From contig DASZOP010000014.1 of assembly GCA_035550715.1 (NCBI GenBank), forward strand, positions 1-37,856: a stretch of DNA of 37,856 bases, written 5' to 3'. The notes under the pieces were generated by a model. The model was not told the DNA's origin, searched no databases, and was given only the letters and a program-made list of their open reading frames with translations. This DNA is from Gemmatimonadota bacterium. Its GTDB lineage: Bacteria; Gemmatimonadota; Gemmatimonadetes; JACCXV01; JAHWKZ01. Made by a program: the position numbers and the translations under genes. Position 1 is the stretch's first letter. Every line of letters begins with the position of its first letter. Shown piece by piece: positions 16,224 to 25,683 of the stretch.

Positions 16224-16523
16224 TCACTCGAGGTCGAAATCCTCGAGGCTGAAGAGCCCTTCCGACCGCTCGACGATCCGCTTGATCCTACCCTCCGAGG
16301 CCTCGAGGCGCTTCCGCACCTGGACCGCCAGCTCGACCCCCTCCTCGAACAGCGCGATCGACTCCTCCAGCGACACGGCCTCGCTCTCGAGCTTCTGGAC
16401 GATCGCCTCGAGCCGCCGGAGCCGCTCCTCGACGGGCGGTTCACCGGCGGCGGAGTCGGCCGCGACCCGGGCCTCCAGGTCCCGCGGCTCGTCTCCGGGC
16501 ACGTCGATCGGAATCTGACTCAT
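16224..16523 (-). CDS. xseB: Exodeoxyribonuclease VII small subunit
   Basis: 99 aa with the helical-hairpin core LRRLEAIVQKLESEAVSLEESIALFEEGVEL typical of XseB. The ATG overlaps the xseA stop (ATGA). Confidence 0.85.
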   Translation of the reverse strand: MSQIPIDVPGDEPRDLEARVAADSAAGEPPVEERLRRLEAIVQKLESEAVSLEESIALFEEGVELAVQVRKRLEASEGRIKRIVERSEGLFSLEDFDLE

Positions 16524-17896
16524 TCCTCCTCCTCGTCTTGGATGCTCGTGACCCGCACCGCGGCGCTTCCCCGCGCAAAGCGGATCGAGAGCTCATCCCC
16601 CGCCGCCAGCGCTCCGGCCCGATGGACGACGCTGCCCCCGGCGTTCGTGACCACCGCGTAGCCGCGGTCGAGGATCGAGTACGGGCTCGCCGCCCGCAAT
16701 CGCTCCTCGAGATGCCGGACCTCGAGCCGGACCCGCTCGTGGCGCCGCGACAGCCCGCGGCCGAGACCCGGGGCCCGCGCGAGGCCGCGCTCCGCCCCGA
16801 CCAGGCGGGCGGCGACCGGTGCGGTCATCCCGGCCGAGACGGTCTCGAGCCGTCCCCGTTCCGCCCTCATCCGGCGTCGGAGGTCGGGTGCGAGCGCGCC
16901 GGCCGCCTCCGCCCACCGCTGCCGGGCCTCGTGGGCGCGGTCACGGACGCGCCGGAAGCCATAGCGTCGGATCGGGGCCAGCGCCTCCTCGAGGCGCCTC
17001 AGGCGCTGCCGCTCGACCGCGCGGGAGAGCCTCCGGAATTGACCCACCACCCCGCGCGCGATCGCGCGCGTCTCGGGTACGACGTGCTCGCCGGCCGCCG
17101 ACGGCGTAGGTGCCCGCAGATCCGCCGCGTAGTCGGCGAGCGTCGTGTCGGTCTCGTGACCGACCGCGCTCACGACCGGAATCGGGGACTCGGCGATCGC
17201 CCGGACCACGATCTCCTCGTTGAACGCCCACAGATCCTCCAGCGTGCCCCCGCCGCGGCCCACGATCAGCACCTCGGCGACGCGGTGTCGGCCGAACCAC
17301 CGCACCGCCCGGGCGACCTCGGGGGCCGCCTCGCGACCCTGGACCGCCACCGGCTTCAGGAGGATCCGGGTCGAGGGGGCGCGACGCAGGATGACGGTCA
17401 CGAGGTCGCGCACCGCAGCCCCCTCGGGCGACGTCACGATTCCGACCGTGAGGGGCCAGAACGGGAGATCCCGCTTCCGCGCCGGGTCGAACATCCCCTC
17501 CGCGCCGAGCCTCCGCTTGAGCGCCTCGAACTGGAGGTACAACGCCCCCACCCCGCGTGGGACGACCTGCGTCACCTCGAGCTGGAACTGGCCGCGCGCC
17601 CGATAGATGGTCGGCCGTGCGATCACGACGACGTGCATCCCGTCCTCCAGCGGAAACGCCAGCCGCTCGTTGTCGCTGCGGAACATGACGCACCGCACCT
17701 CGCTGGCGCGGTCCTTCAGCGTCCAGTACATGTGCCCCGACGGCCGGTGGTGGTGGAACGATGAAACCTCGCCCTCGACCCCCACCGTGCCGAGCTCGGC
17801 CACCAGCGCGCCGGCGGCACGGAACACGAGCTCGCTCACCGTCATCACGACCGTACCGGGGTCGATGGCGGGATCGAGGCCGGCGGAGCGGTTCAT
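16520..17896 (-). CDS. xseA: Exodeoxyribonuclease VII large subunit
   Basis: N-terminal OB fold (VGVEGEVSSFHHHRPSGHMYWTLKD), a catalytic region (GIVTSPEGAAVRDL, IVGRGGGTLEDLWAFNEE), and a C-terminal helical tail. The start is trimmed to ATG 17896, overlapping the folD stop (ATGA); the rest of the 913-aa track ORF is shadow. Confidence 0.85.
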   Translation of the reverse strand: MNRSAGLDPAIDPGTVVMTVSELVFRAAGALVAELGTVGVEGEVSSFHHHRPSGHMYWTLKDRASEVRCVMFRSDNERLAFPLEDGMHVVVIARPTIYRARGQFQLEVTQVVPRGVGALYLQFEALKRRLGAEGMFDPARKRDLPFWPLTVGIVTSPEGAAVRDLVTVILRRAPSTRILLKPVAVQGREAAPEVARAVRWFGRHRVAEVLIVGRGGGTLEDLWAFNEEIVVRAIAESPIPVVSAVGHETDTTLADYAADLRAPTPSAAGEHVVPETRAIARGVVGQFRRLSRAVERQRLRRLEEALAPIRRYGFRRVRDRAHEARQRWAEAAGALAPDLRRRMRAERGRLETVSAGMTAPVAARLVGAERGLARAPGLGRGLSRRHERVRLEVRHLEERLRAASPYSILDRGYAVVTNAGGSVVHRAGALAAGDELSIRFARGSAAVRVTSIQDEEEE

Positions 17897-18789
17897 CGCG
17901 AGGGCTCCGCCTCTCCGACCGCCGCCCGTCGGGCGGCCTTCAACGTGTTGTCGAGCAGCATGGCGATCGTCATCGGGCCGACGCCACCGGGAACCGGGGT
18001 CAGCCACCCCGCGACCTCGGCGACCGCCGGTTCGACGTCCCCCACCAGCCGCCAGCCGCGATCGGCCGTCGGGTCGTCGATCCGGTTCATCCCGACGTCG
18101 ATCACGGCGGCCCCGGGCTTCACCATCTCCTTCGTGACCACCCCCGCGCGGCCGACCGCCGCGACCAGGATGTCGGCCCGGCGCGTGTGGGCGGCGAGAT
18201 CGGCCGTCCGGCTGTGGCAGATCGTGACCGTGGCGTGGCCGTGGAGGAGAAGGAGCGCGGTCGGCTTCCCGACGATGTCGCTCCGGCCGATCACGACCGC
18301 CTCGGCCCCCTCGACCCGGATTCCCGTCTCCCGGATCAGCCGCACGATCCCGGCCGGGGTAGCGGGAACGAAGCCGCTCTCGAGATCGCCGGCGACCAGC
18401 CGACCCACGTTGATCGGATGGAAGCCGTCCACGTCCTTGCCTGGATCGACCGCGATCAGGACCCGGCGGGGGTCGATCTGCGAGGGCAGCGGTAGCTGGA
18501 CCAGAATGCCGTGGACCTCCGGATCCGCGTTCAGCTCCTCGACCAGCTCCAGAAGCTCGATCTCCGAGGTCGACGCCGGCCTTCGGATCGTCCGCGAGCG
18601 TAACCCCGTCTCCTCGCACGCCTTTCCCTTCATCCGCACGTACGTGGCGGAGGCCGGGTCCTCGCCGACAAGGACCGCCGCCAGGCCAGGGACCACCCCG
18701 GCCTCTTCCCGCAGCCGGCCGACGCCGGCCGCCACCTCCTCGCGGACCCGTCCCGCCACCGCCCGGCCGTCGATCGTCCGCGCGCTCAC
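17893..18789 (-). CDS. folD: Bifunctional methylenetetrahydrofolate dehydrogenase/cyclohydrolase
   Basis: IDGRAVAGRVREEV, PGLAAVLVGEDPASATYVRMK, VVIGRSDIVGKP, PVPGGVGPMTIAML. The start is trimmed to GTG 18789, which overlaps the tdk stop (GTGA) and is preceded by GGGAGGGAGG. Confidence 0.9.
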   Translation of the reverse strand: MSARTIDGRAVAGRVREEVAAGVGRLREEAGVVPGLAAVLVGEDPASATYVRMKGKACEETGLRSRTIRRPASTSEIELLELVEELNADPEVHGILVQLPLPSQIDPRRVLIAVDPGKDVDGFHPINVGRLVAGDLESGFVPATPAGIVRLIRETGIRVEGAEAVVIGRSDIVGKPTALLLLHGHATVTICHSRTADLAAHTRRADILVAAVGRAGVVTKEMVKPGAAVIDVGMNRIDDPTADRGWRLVGDVEPAVAEVAGWLTPVPGGVGPMTIAMLLDNTLKAARRAAVGEAEPSR

Positions 18790-19406
18790 CCGCCTCCCTC
18801 CCGGGCCTGGCGGCGGCTCTCGTCGAGGGCCAGCTCCCGCTGCCCGGGACGAGGCTCGAAGCATTGCCGGCACCGCGCCTCGTACGCGCTGGCGCCGCCG
18901 ACCACGATCCGCTCCTCGTTGTCCACGATGCGCTGGGTGAAGTTGGCGGGGTTTCCGCACCGCACGCAGATGGCGAGCGTCTTGGTGATCTCCTCGGCCT
19001 TGGCGAGGAGCTGCGGGATGGGCTCGAACGGACGCCCCAGGAAGTCCTGGTCGAGCCCGGCCACCACGACCCGCTTGCCCAGGTTCGCCAGACGCTCGCA
19101 GACCTCCACCAGCCGCTCGTCGAAGAACTGGGCCTCGTCGATCCCGACCACCTGGGTGCGGGCGTCGAGCCGCTCCAGGATCTGCCGGGCGTGGGTGACC
19201 CGCTCGGCTTCGATCCGCATGGCCGAGTGGCTGACGATCTCGTCCGCCGCGAAACGGTCATCCACGAGCGGCTTGAACACCTGAACCCGCTGCCGGGCGA
19301 TCTCGGCGCGGCGGAGACGTCGGATCAGCTCCTCCGACTTGCCGCTGAACATGGGACCGCAGATGACCTCGATCCAGCCCATCGATCCGCGCACGAAGGG
19401 GCTCAT
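18786..19406 (-). CDS. tdk: Thymidine kinase
   Basis: P-loop GPMFSGKSEEL and Zn-ribbon cysteines (CVRCGNPANFTQR ... CRQCF). 206 aa. Confidence 0.9.
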   Translation of the reverse strand: MSPFVRGSMGWIEVICGPMFSGKSEELIRRLRRAEIARQRVQVFKPLVDDRFAADEIVSHSAMRIEAERVTHARQILERLDARTQVVGIDEAQFFDERLVEVCERLANLGKRVVVAGLDQDFLGRPFEPIPQLLAKAEEITKTLAICVRCGNPANFTQRIVDNEERIVVGGASAYEARCRQCFEPRPGQRELALDESRRQAREGGG

Positions 19407-19424
19407 CGCAGGTTCCCGCTCCTC

Positions 19425-20207
19425 TCAATCGTACGAGACATCGATCCTCTCGATGCCGGTCGCCCGACCGGCGGACGTGTCGACGGTGATCACCACGGCC
19501 TGGAAGCGGACGTCCTCCTCGGCCACGTCGAAACGGTTGGGTGTCTGCTTCAGGAAGCGCTCGATCGCGCTCCCGGCACGGACCCCGATCACGCCGCCAT
19601 GCGGACCCGTCATCCCGACATCGGTCACGTACGCGGTCCCGCGGGGCAGGACCCGCGCGTCCGCCGAGGGGACGTGCGTGTGAGTGCCGACGACGGCGGT
19701 GACCCGGCCGTCCGCGTAGCGGGCCAGCGCGAGCTTCTCCGCGGTGGCCTCGGCGTGGAAGTCGACCACCACCACCTCGGCGTCACGGACGTCGTCGCGG
19801 TCGAGCAGGAGGTCCAGCCGGCGGAACGGGCAGTCGAGGTTCTTCATGAACACCCGCCCCTGCAGGTTGATGACGGCCACCGCCCGCTCGGCCCTCGTTC
19901 CGGACCACACCCCGTGTCCGGGGTTTCCGCGCGGGTAGTTGTCGGGGCGCAGGATGCGCGGCTCCTTGTCGAGCCGCTCGTAGATCTCCCGACGGTCCCA
20001 GACGTGGTTGCCGGTGGTGACGACGTCCACGTCGTCGCCCAGGATGGCGTCCAGGATCGACGGCGTGATCCCGAATCCGCCGGCCGCGTTCTCGCCGTTG
20101 ACGATCACGAAGTCCGGCGCGTGGGCTTCGCGGGCTGCGGCCAGACCTCTCTTCAGAGCCCTACGACCGGGCCGGCCGAAGACGTCGCCGACGAACAGGA
20201 CCTTCAT
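19425..20207 (-). CDS. ymdB: YmdB-family metallophosphoesterase (2',3'-cyclic-nucleotide phosphodiesterase-like)
   Basis: MKVLFVGDVFGRPGR, VIVNGENAAGGFGITP, VVTTGNHVWDR, and GTHTHVPSAD are calcineurin-like phosphoesterase motifs in the YmdB arrangement. 260 aa. Confidence 0.8.
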   Translation of the reverse strand: MKVLFVGDVFGRPGRRALKRGLAAAREAHAPDFVIVNGENAAGGFGITPSILDAILGDDVDVVTTGNHVWDRREIYERLDKEPRILRPDNYPRGNPGHGVWSGTRAERAVAVINLQGRVFMKNLDCPFRRLDLLLDRDDVRDAEVVVVDFHAEATAEKLALARYADGRVTAVVGTHTHVPSADARVLPRGTAYVTDVGMTGPHGGVIGVRAGSAIERFLKQTPNRFDVAEEDVRFQAVVITVDTSAGRATGIERIDVSYD

Positions 20208-20227
20208 GCGGGAGCGGGCCTGGAGAT

Positions 20228-20431
20228 GGAACGAGAAGGACCCCGCCGCGACCGTCCGGAGAGGATTTTTTGACGCCCTCGCTGATACGGTGGGTAACCT
20301 CCTCGCCCGATTCTCGCTTCCTCCGTAGAGGCATGCGATCGGCAGGCGAAGCGAGGATCCCTACGAGTGCGTGTTGGCTCAAAAAATGGTCTCCCCGGAT
20401 CCGCGCGAGCGGGGTCCTTCCCGCCCGTTTC
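20228..20431 (-). ncRNA. Candidate 6S RNA (ssrS-like) or other highly structured RNA; strand not resolved
   Basis: The 260-nt gap between zapA and ymdB has no credible ORF. It folds into one long irregular hairpin:
- 20235-20246 (GAAGGACCCCGC) pairs perfectly with 20409-20420.
- 20256-20263 pairs with 20391-20398.
- 20265-20273 (ATTTTTTGA) pairs perfectly with 20379-20387.
- 20309-20320 pairs with 20348-20359.
- The interior loop is large and asymmetric: 35 nt at 20274-20308 against 19 nt at 20360-20378.
The span is about 186 nt. Its position directly downstream of zapA matches the ssrS synteny known in E. coli. Confidence 0.4.
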
Positions 20432-20468
20432 GATGAGATCGGCCCTTTCGTCTCCTTTCCTCTCGCGC

Positions 20469-20816
20469 CTACTTGCGGCGCCCCTTCTTGCCGTCGGCCT
20501 GGGCCTTCCCGGCGAGGCCGGCAGTCTCGGCGAGGGCCTGGTCCACCTCCGCCTCCATCTCGCGCACGCGGGCCACCGCGCCGGCGAGGCTCTCGGCGCC
20601 GGTTCTGCGCGTCACGAGGAGCTGGTCGGTGATCTCCATCGCCCCCAGCACCGCGGCCTGGAACGGCTCCAGCGTTGGTGCCGACCCTCGCAGCTGGCGG
20701 AGCGTCCGGTCCACGTGCGCTGCGACGTCCCGGGTGTACTCCGGGTCTGCCGCCGAACGCAGCCGGAACGGCTCGTCCAGGACAGTGACCTTGATGGTCG
20801 ATTTGTCGTCGCTCAT
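20469..20816 (-). CDS. zapA: Cell division protein ZapA
   Basis: 115 aa from ATG 20816. IKVTVLDEPFRLRSAADPEYTRDVAAHVDRTLRQL fits the ZapA N-terminal domain pattern and is followed by a helical tail. The start overlaps the upstream stop (ATGA). Confidence 0.75.
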   Translation of the reverse strand: MSDDKSTIKVTVLDEPFRLRSAADPEYTRDVAAHVDRTLRQLRGSAPTLEPFQAAVLGAMEITDQLLVTRRTGAESLAGAVARVREMEAEVDQALAETAGLAGKAQADGKKGRRK

Positions 20817-21118
20817 GTCTCGACCACGTACCGTACGCGCGCGAGCAGCTCCTTGATCTTCGTCTCGAGGAACTCGGCGTGGCGGGCGATCCGCTCGTTC
20901 TCCGATTCCAGCTCGCGGACTCGCTCGTCGAGCGCGACCGGATCCAGACCCCCCTCGAGCCGTCGCCGGACGGACTCCTCCTCGTGGCAACGCTCGGCGA
21001 GACGCCGGCTCCTTTCGACGAGCAACTTAACCTTGTCCCTGAGGGCGTCCAGCGCGACTTCGAGCTCCGCGGCCCGCTCATGGGCCTCGTCCCGATCCTT
21101 CGGCGCCTTCGCGCTCAT
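20813..21118 (-). CDS. Small coiled-coil protein, ZapB-like
   Basis: 101 aa from ATG 21118 (overlaps the pheT stop, ATGA). The sequence is heptad-rich throughout (ELEVALDALRDKVKLLVERSRRLAE ... ELESENERIARHAEFLETKIKELLARV). It sits immediately upstream of zapA and overlaps it. The call rests on composition and context only. Confidence 0.55.
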   Translation of the reverse strand: MSAKAPKDRDEAHERAAELEVALDALRDKVKLLVERSRRLAERCHEEESVRRRLEGGLDPVALDERVRELESENERIARHAEFLETKIKELLARVRYVVET

Positions 21119-23502
21119 CGCAGCCGGTACCCGTGTTCCGTGGCCAGACCCTGGACGAGCGCTTCGATCCGATCGTCGATCGCCTGGACGGTCAGCGTGC
21201 GCTCCGCCTGGAACGTGAGCCTGAGCCCGAGGCTCACGTGCCCGTCCGGGACCTGAGGCCCCCGGTACCGGTCGAAGACCTCGACCGCGACGAGATCCTC
21301 CACCCCGGCCTCCCGGACCGCCCGCTCCACGCGCTCGCCGGCGTGGGTCGCGGGAACGACCAGCGCGAGGTCCCGCTCCACGGCAGGTTCCCGCGGCACG
21401 GGGCGGAGCCGGAGGGGCGGGGGCTGCCTTGTGAGCGCGTCCAGGTCCAGCTCGGCCACGACCAGCCGCTCCTCGATCCCCCACCCTTCCGCCACCCGCG
21501 GGTGGATTTCGCCGAGGAACCCGACTTCCTTTCCGCCGTCTTCGAGTCGGGCCTGCCGGCCCGGGTGCAGGAAGCCTCGCTCGGCCGGAACGAACGCGAC
21601 TGCGTCCAGGCCGGCCAGCGACAGGAGCCCTTCGATCGTCCCCTTGACGTCGAAGAAGTCGATCGGCGGGACCGGCCGCGACCAGTCGACCGGCCGCGTG
21701 GGGCCCGTCGCGGCGAGGGCCAGCCGTCGGCCCTCTTCGACCCCGCCCGCGGATCCGGGCCGGAAGGCGTGCCCGACCTCGAACAGCCGCACCCCGTTCG
21801 CTCCCCGGTTCAGATTGTGGACGACCGCCCCCACGAGCGTGGAGACGACCAAGGGCCTCAAGAACCGTTCCGCCTTGGATATAGGATTTCGAATCTCAAC
21901 CAGGTTGTCAACTCCGCCGCCCGACCCGGTTACCCCCTCGCCGACGAACGTCGGGGTCCGCGCCTCGTTGTAGCCGGCCGCCGAGAGGGCGCTCCGGAGA
22001 CGGCCCAGCGCCCGCTCGGCCGGGGCCGGAACCGGGGCCCTCTCCGGAGGGGCGAGCCGGATCGCCGGGATCCGATCGTAGCCGGTCGTCCGGGCCACCT
22101 CCTCGATCAGGTCGATCTCCCGCTGGACGTCGAAACGCCACGAGGGAACCTCGGCGAGGAGCGCTCCGTCCGCGCGCGAAACCGTGAACCCCAGGCTCTC
22201 CAGGGCCCGGCGGGCCTCGTCCTCGGCGATCGGGCGCCCGGCGACGGCCGCGAGCCGCTCCGACCGGAGCTCGATCCTCGGCCGCTCCTCCGGCGCCCCG
22301 CCGTGACCGACGCGCCCGGCGGCCACCCGGCCGCCCGCCAGCGTCGCGATCAGGGCCGCCGCCCGGTCCAGCGCGGGAATCGTGATCGCCGGGTCGACCC
22401 CGCGCGCGAAGCGGGTCGCGGCGTCGGTCCGGAGACCGAGCCCGCGGGCCGTCCGCCCGGTCCGCTCCGGATCGAACCACGCCGACTCCAGGAATACCTC
22501 GTCGGTTCCCGTCCCGACCTCGCTGTCGAGCCCGCCCATCACACCTCCCACCGCAACCGCGCGCTCGCCATCGGCGATCACCGTCGTCGCCGGGTCCAGG
22601 ACGCGCGTCCGGCCGTCCAGCGTCACGATCTCCTCGCCCGCGTGAGGCCGGCGGACCACGATGCGCCGGCCGGAGAGCCGAGCCGCATCGAAAGGGTGAA
22701 GCGGCTGCCCGCACTCGAGCATGGTGTAGTTGGTGGCGTCGACGACGTTGTTGACCGGCCTGGCGCCCAGGGCGAGGAGCCGCACCTGGAGCCAGGCCGG
22801 GCTGGGTCCCACCGTCACGCCCCGGACGAGCCGCCCGAAGTAGGCCGGACACCCTTGCCGGTCGAGCAGGTCCACCCCGACGTCCACGGCAGCCCCGCCC
22901 TCGTCGAGGTCGCGGGCGGGGAGCCGCGTCTCCGCTCCGGCGTGCCACTGGACCTCCCGGGCCACGCCCAGGTGGGACAGGAGGTCGCCCCGGTTCGACG
23001 GCACGTCGATGTCCAGGATCCGGTCGTCCAGATCGAGCACCTCGACCAGATCGCGGCCCAGATCGCCCTCGTCGACCCCGGGGACGGGCCAGATCCCCTC
23101 GGCGGTGCCGAGGGCTTCGAGGCCCAGCTCGGGCGCCGAGCAGAGCATTCCCTGCGACTCCACGCCCCGGATCCGGGCTTTGCGAATCTCGCGTCCGCCG
23201 GGGAGCCGCGCGCCCTCGGTGGCGTAGGCGTAGATCGTCCCTACCTCGACGTTGGGGGCCCCGCACACCACCTGCCGCTCGCCGTCCCCGGCCGCCACCC
23301 GGCACAGGGTCAGGCGATCGGCGTTCGGATGCCGGTCGGCCTCGAGGACCCGACCCAGGATGACCCCCCTGATCTCGGGAAAGGGGCGTCGGAGGTCGTC
23401 CACCGCCACCCCCTGCATGGTGAGACGGTCGGCCAGCGGTTCGAGTCCGCCGAGCTGGGCGCCCGGGAAAAGGGCCTGGAGCCAGCGCCAGGAGATGTTC
23501 AT
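21115..23502 (-). CDS. pheT: Phenylalanine--tRNA ligase beta subunit
   Basis: 795 aa from ATG 23502 (MNISWRWLQALFPG...). It has a tRNA-binding OB domain, B3/B4 and B5 domains, a catalytic-like domain, and a C-terminal FDX-ACB domain. The start overlaps the pheS stop (ATGA). Confidence 0.95.
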   Translation of the reverse strand: MNISWRWLQALFPGAQLGGLEPLADRLTMQGVAVDDLRRPFPEIRGVILGRVLEADRHPNADRLTLCRVAAGDGERQVVCGAPNVEVGTIYAYATEGARLPGGREIRKARIRGVESQGMLCSAPELGLEALGTAEGIWPVPGVDEGDLGRDLVEVLDLDDRILDIDVPSNRGDLLSHLGVAREVQWHAGAETRLPARDLDEGGAAVDVGVDLLDRQGCPAYFGRLVRGVTVGPSPAWLQVRLLALGARPVNNVVDATNYTMLECGQPLHPFDAARLSGRRIVVRRPHAGEEIVTLDGRTRVLDPATTVIADGERAVAVGGVMGGLDSEVGTGTDEVFLESAWFDPERTGRTARGLGLRTDAATRFARGVDPAITIPALDRAAALIATLAGGRVAAGRVGHGGAPEERPRIELRSERLAAVAGRPIAEDEARRALESLGFTVSRADGALLAEVPSWRFDVQREIDLIEEVARTTGYDRIPAIRLAPPERAPVPAPAERALGRLRSALSAAGYNEARTPTFVGEGVTGSGGGVDNLVEIRNPISKAERFLRPLVVSTLVGAVVHNLNRGANGVRLFEVGHAFRPGSAGGVEEGRRLALAATGPTRPVDWSRPVPPIDFFDVKGTIEGLLSLAGLDAVAFVPAERGFLHPGRQARLEDGGKEVGFLGEIHPRVAEGWGIEERLVVAELDLDALTRQPPPLRLRPVPREPAVERDLALVVPATHAGERVERAVREAGVEDLVAVEVFDRYRGPQVPDGHVSLGLRLTFQAERTLTVQAIDDRIEALVQGLATEHGYRLR

Positions 23503-24539
23503 CGACCGGCGAACTGAGTGAGGAAGCGGAGGTCGTTCTCGAAGAACATCCGGATGTCGGGCACGCCGTACTTGTTCATCGCGATCCGCTCGACGCCCAT
23601 CCCCCACGCGAACCCGGTCCACCGCTCGCTGTCGTAACCGACCGCCTCGAGAACGGCCGGATGCACCATGCCCGAGCCGAGCAGCTCCATCCATCCCCCT
23701 CCCTTACAGGCCCGGCACCCCGCGCCACGGCAGAGCAGGCACTGGATGTCGAGCTCGGCCGATGGCTCGGTGAACGGGAAGTAGGAGGCCCGGAAGCGGA
23801 CGTCGACGTCGGGACCGTAATAACGATGAACGAACTCGGTGAGCGCCCACCGGAGATGGCCGAGGGAGATCCCCTCGTCCACCCACAATCCTTCGATCTG
23901 ATGGAAGTAAGGAGAGTGGGAGGCATCCGGCGCGTCGTTGCGAAAGACCCGACCCGGGCATACCACGCGAACGGGGGGTGGCCCGGATTCCAGCACACGG
24001 ATCTGGACCGGCGACGTGTGCGTCCGGAGCACGAGGTCGTCGGTCACGTAGATCGTGTCCATCTCCTCACGCGCCGGATGGCCGACCGGGATGTTGAGCG
24101 CCTCGAAGTTGTGCCAGACCGTCTCGACCTCGGGTCCCGAGGCGACCTCGAACCCCATGCTGCGGAAGATCTCGAGCAGCTCCTCGGTGACTATGGTCAG
24201 CGGATGTCGGGCCCCGAGGGGGTGTCGGCGGCCGGGAAGCGTGACGTCGAGCCGCTCCGTCTCGAGCCGCGCCGCCAGCGTCTCCCCCTCGAGCTCGCGG
24301 GCGCGCTCGGCGACCGATGCTTCGATCCGCTCCTTGACCTGATTCACCAGCTCGCCGGCGGCAGGACGAGCGTCCACCGACAGGCCGCCGATGGACCGCG
24401 CCTCGCCGGTCAGCCGCCCCTTACGGCCGAGCGTCCGGACACGGATCTCCTCGACCTCTTCGGGACGGGACGCCGCGCTGAGCTCACGCTCCACGTCGCG
24501 CTGGAGGGCCTCCAGCCGCTCGTGCAGCGAGCGGGTCAT
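23499..24539 (-). CDS. pheS: Phenylalanine--tRNA ligase alpha subunit
   Basis: 346 aa with an N-terminal coiled coil and class II aaRS motifs (HPLTIV..., FRNDAPDASHSPYFHQIEG, GFAWGMGVERIAM). Confidence 0.95.
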   Translation of the reverse strand: MTRSLHERLEALQRDVERELSAASRPEEVEEIRVRTLGRKGRLTGEARSIGGLSVDARPAAGELVNQVKERIEASVAERARELEGETLAARLETERLDVTLPGRRHPLGARHPLTIVTEELLEIFRSMGFEVASGPEVETVWHNFEALNIPVGHPAREEMDTIYVTDDLVLRTHTSPVQIRVLESGPPPVRVVCPGRVFRNDAPDASHSPYFHQIEGLWVDEGISLGHLRWALTEFVHRYYGPDVDVRFRASYFPFTEPSAELDIQCLLCRGAGCRACKGGGWMELLGSGMVHPAVLEAVGYDSERWTGFAWGMGVERIAMNKYGVPDIRMFFENDLRFLTQFAGR

Positions 24540-24573
24540 GGAAGGGCCGCGGGAATGACTCCGAGCGGATCGT

Positions 24574-24927
24574 TCAAAGCTTCGCCTTCGCCGCCGCGGC
24601 CAGCTCCGCGAACCCCTCCGGGTCGTTGACCGCCAGCTCGGCGAGGAGCTTGCGATCGATCTCGATCTCGGCCGCCTTCAGACCGTAGATGAACCGGGAG
24701 TAGGACAAGCCGTGCTCGCGAGCAGCCGCGTTGATGCGGGTGATCCAGAGCTTCCGGAACTGACGCTTGCGGTCGCGTCGATCGCGATAAGCGAATTGCA
24801 ACCCCCGCTCCAGGGTCTCACGGGCGGGGATGTACAGCCGATGGCGTCCGCCACGATACCCGCGGGCCTGCTTGAGGACCTTCTTGCGGCGCCGGGTGCG
24901 CTGAACGTTGTTCGATGCGCGGGGCAT
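24574..24927 (-). CDS. rplT: 50S ribosomal protein L20
   Basis: 117 aa. [32 protein letters not shown]... is a canonical L20. Confidence 0.95.
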   Translation of the reverse strand: MPRASNNVQRTRRRKKVLKQARGYRGGRHRLYIPARETLERGLQFAYRDRRDRKRQFRKLWITRINAAAREHGLSYSRFIYGLKAAEIEIDRKLLAELAVNDPEGFAELAAAAKAKL

Positions 24928-24936
24928 CGTGACCTC

Positions 24937-25131
24937 CTAGGCGGAGAGAAGCCGCTTGAGACGGCCCTCGTCAACCGGATGGACGTACGCGGGCTTGCGC
25001 AGATGGCGCTTCCGCTTGGTCGTCTTCTTCGTCAGGATGTGGCGCATGTAGCCGCGCTTGCGCTTGATGCGCCCGCTGGCAGTCTTCCGGAAGCGCTTCG
25101 CGGCGCCCCGATTCGTCTTCATCTTCGGCAT
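24937..25131 (-). CDS. rpmI: 50S ribosomal protein L35
   Basis: 64 aa. [36 protein letters not shown] is a canonical L35. Confidence 0.95.
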   Translation of the reverse strand: MPKMKTNRGAAKRFRKTASGRIKRKRGYMRHILTKKTTKRKRHLRKPAYVHPVDEGRLKRLLSA

Positions 25132-25147
25132 GCTGACCCCCTGCGCT

Positions 25148-25678
25148 CTACTTCTTCACGCTCGACTTCATGTTGGGCGCGAGGATGAGGAACATGTTGC
25201 GTCCCTCGAGTCGCGCCGCCTGCTCGACCACCGCCAGCTCCCCGATCTCCTCGATCACGTCGTCAAGGACCTCGCGACCGTTCTCGGTGTGGGCCATCTC
25301 GCGGCCCCGGAACATGATGGTGACCTTGACCTTGTTTCGATCCTCGAGGAAGCGCCTGATGTGACGCGTCTTGAACTCGAAGTCGTGCTCCTCGATGTTC
25401 GGACGCATCTTGATCTCCTTCATCTGAGTTACGTGCTGCTTCCGTCGCGCCTCCCGATCGGCCTTCGCCTGCTCGTACTTGTAGCGACCGTAGTCCATGA
25501 TCCGGCACACCGGGGGCCGGGCGTTGGGCGCCACTTCCACCAGGTCGAGACCTCGTTCGCGGGCCGTCGCTTGCGCTTCTTCGACCGGTACGACGCCGAC
25601 CTGCTCCCCTTTGTCGTCGATCAGCCGGACCGGTGAGAAGCGGATCTGCTCGTTGACCCGCGGCTCGTTGTTGGCGAT
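25148..25678 (-). CDS. infC: Translation initiation factor IF-3, initiating at a non-canonical ATC codon
   Basis: The track ORF (25148..25540) starts inside the protein. The same frame continues upstream as [49 protein letters not shown], which is the conserved IF3 N-domain. An in-frame TGA lies further upstream, and there is no ATG/GTG/TTG/CTG between that stop and codon ATC at 25678..25676. AAGGAGG (25690..25684) sits 5 nt upstream of the ATC. Confidence 0.85.
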   Translation of the reverse strand: MANNEPRVNEQIRFSPVRLIDDKGEQVGVVPVEEAQATARERGLDLVEVAPNARPPVCRIMDYGRYKYEQAKADREARRKQHVTQMKEIKMRPNIEEHDFEFKTRHIRRFLEDRNKVKVTIMFRGREMAHTENGREVLDDVIEEIGELAVVEQAARLEGRNMFLILAPNMKSSVKK

Positions 25679-25683
25679 GCAGA

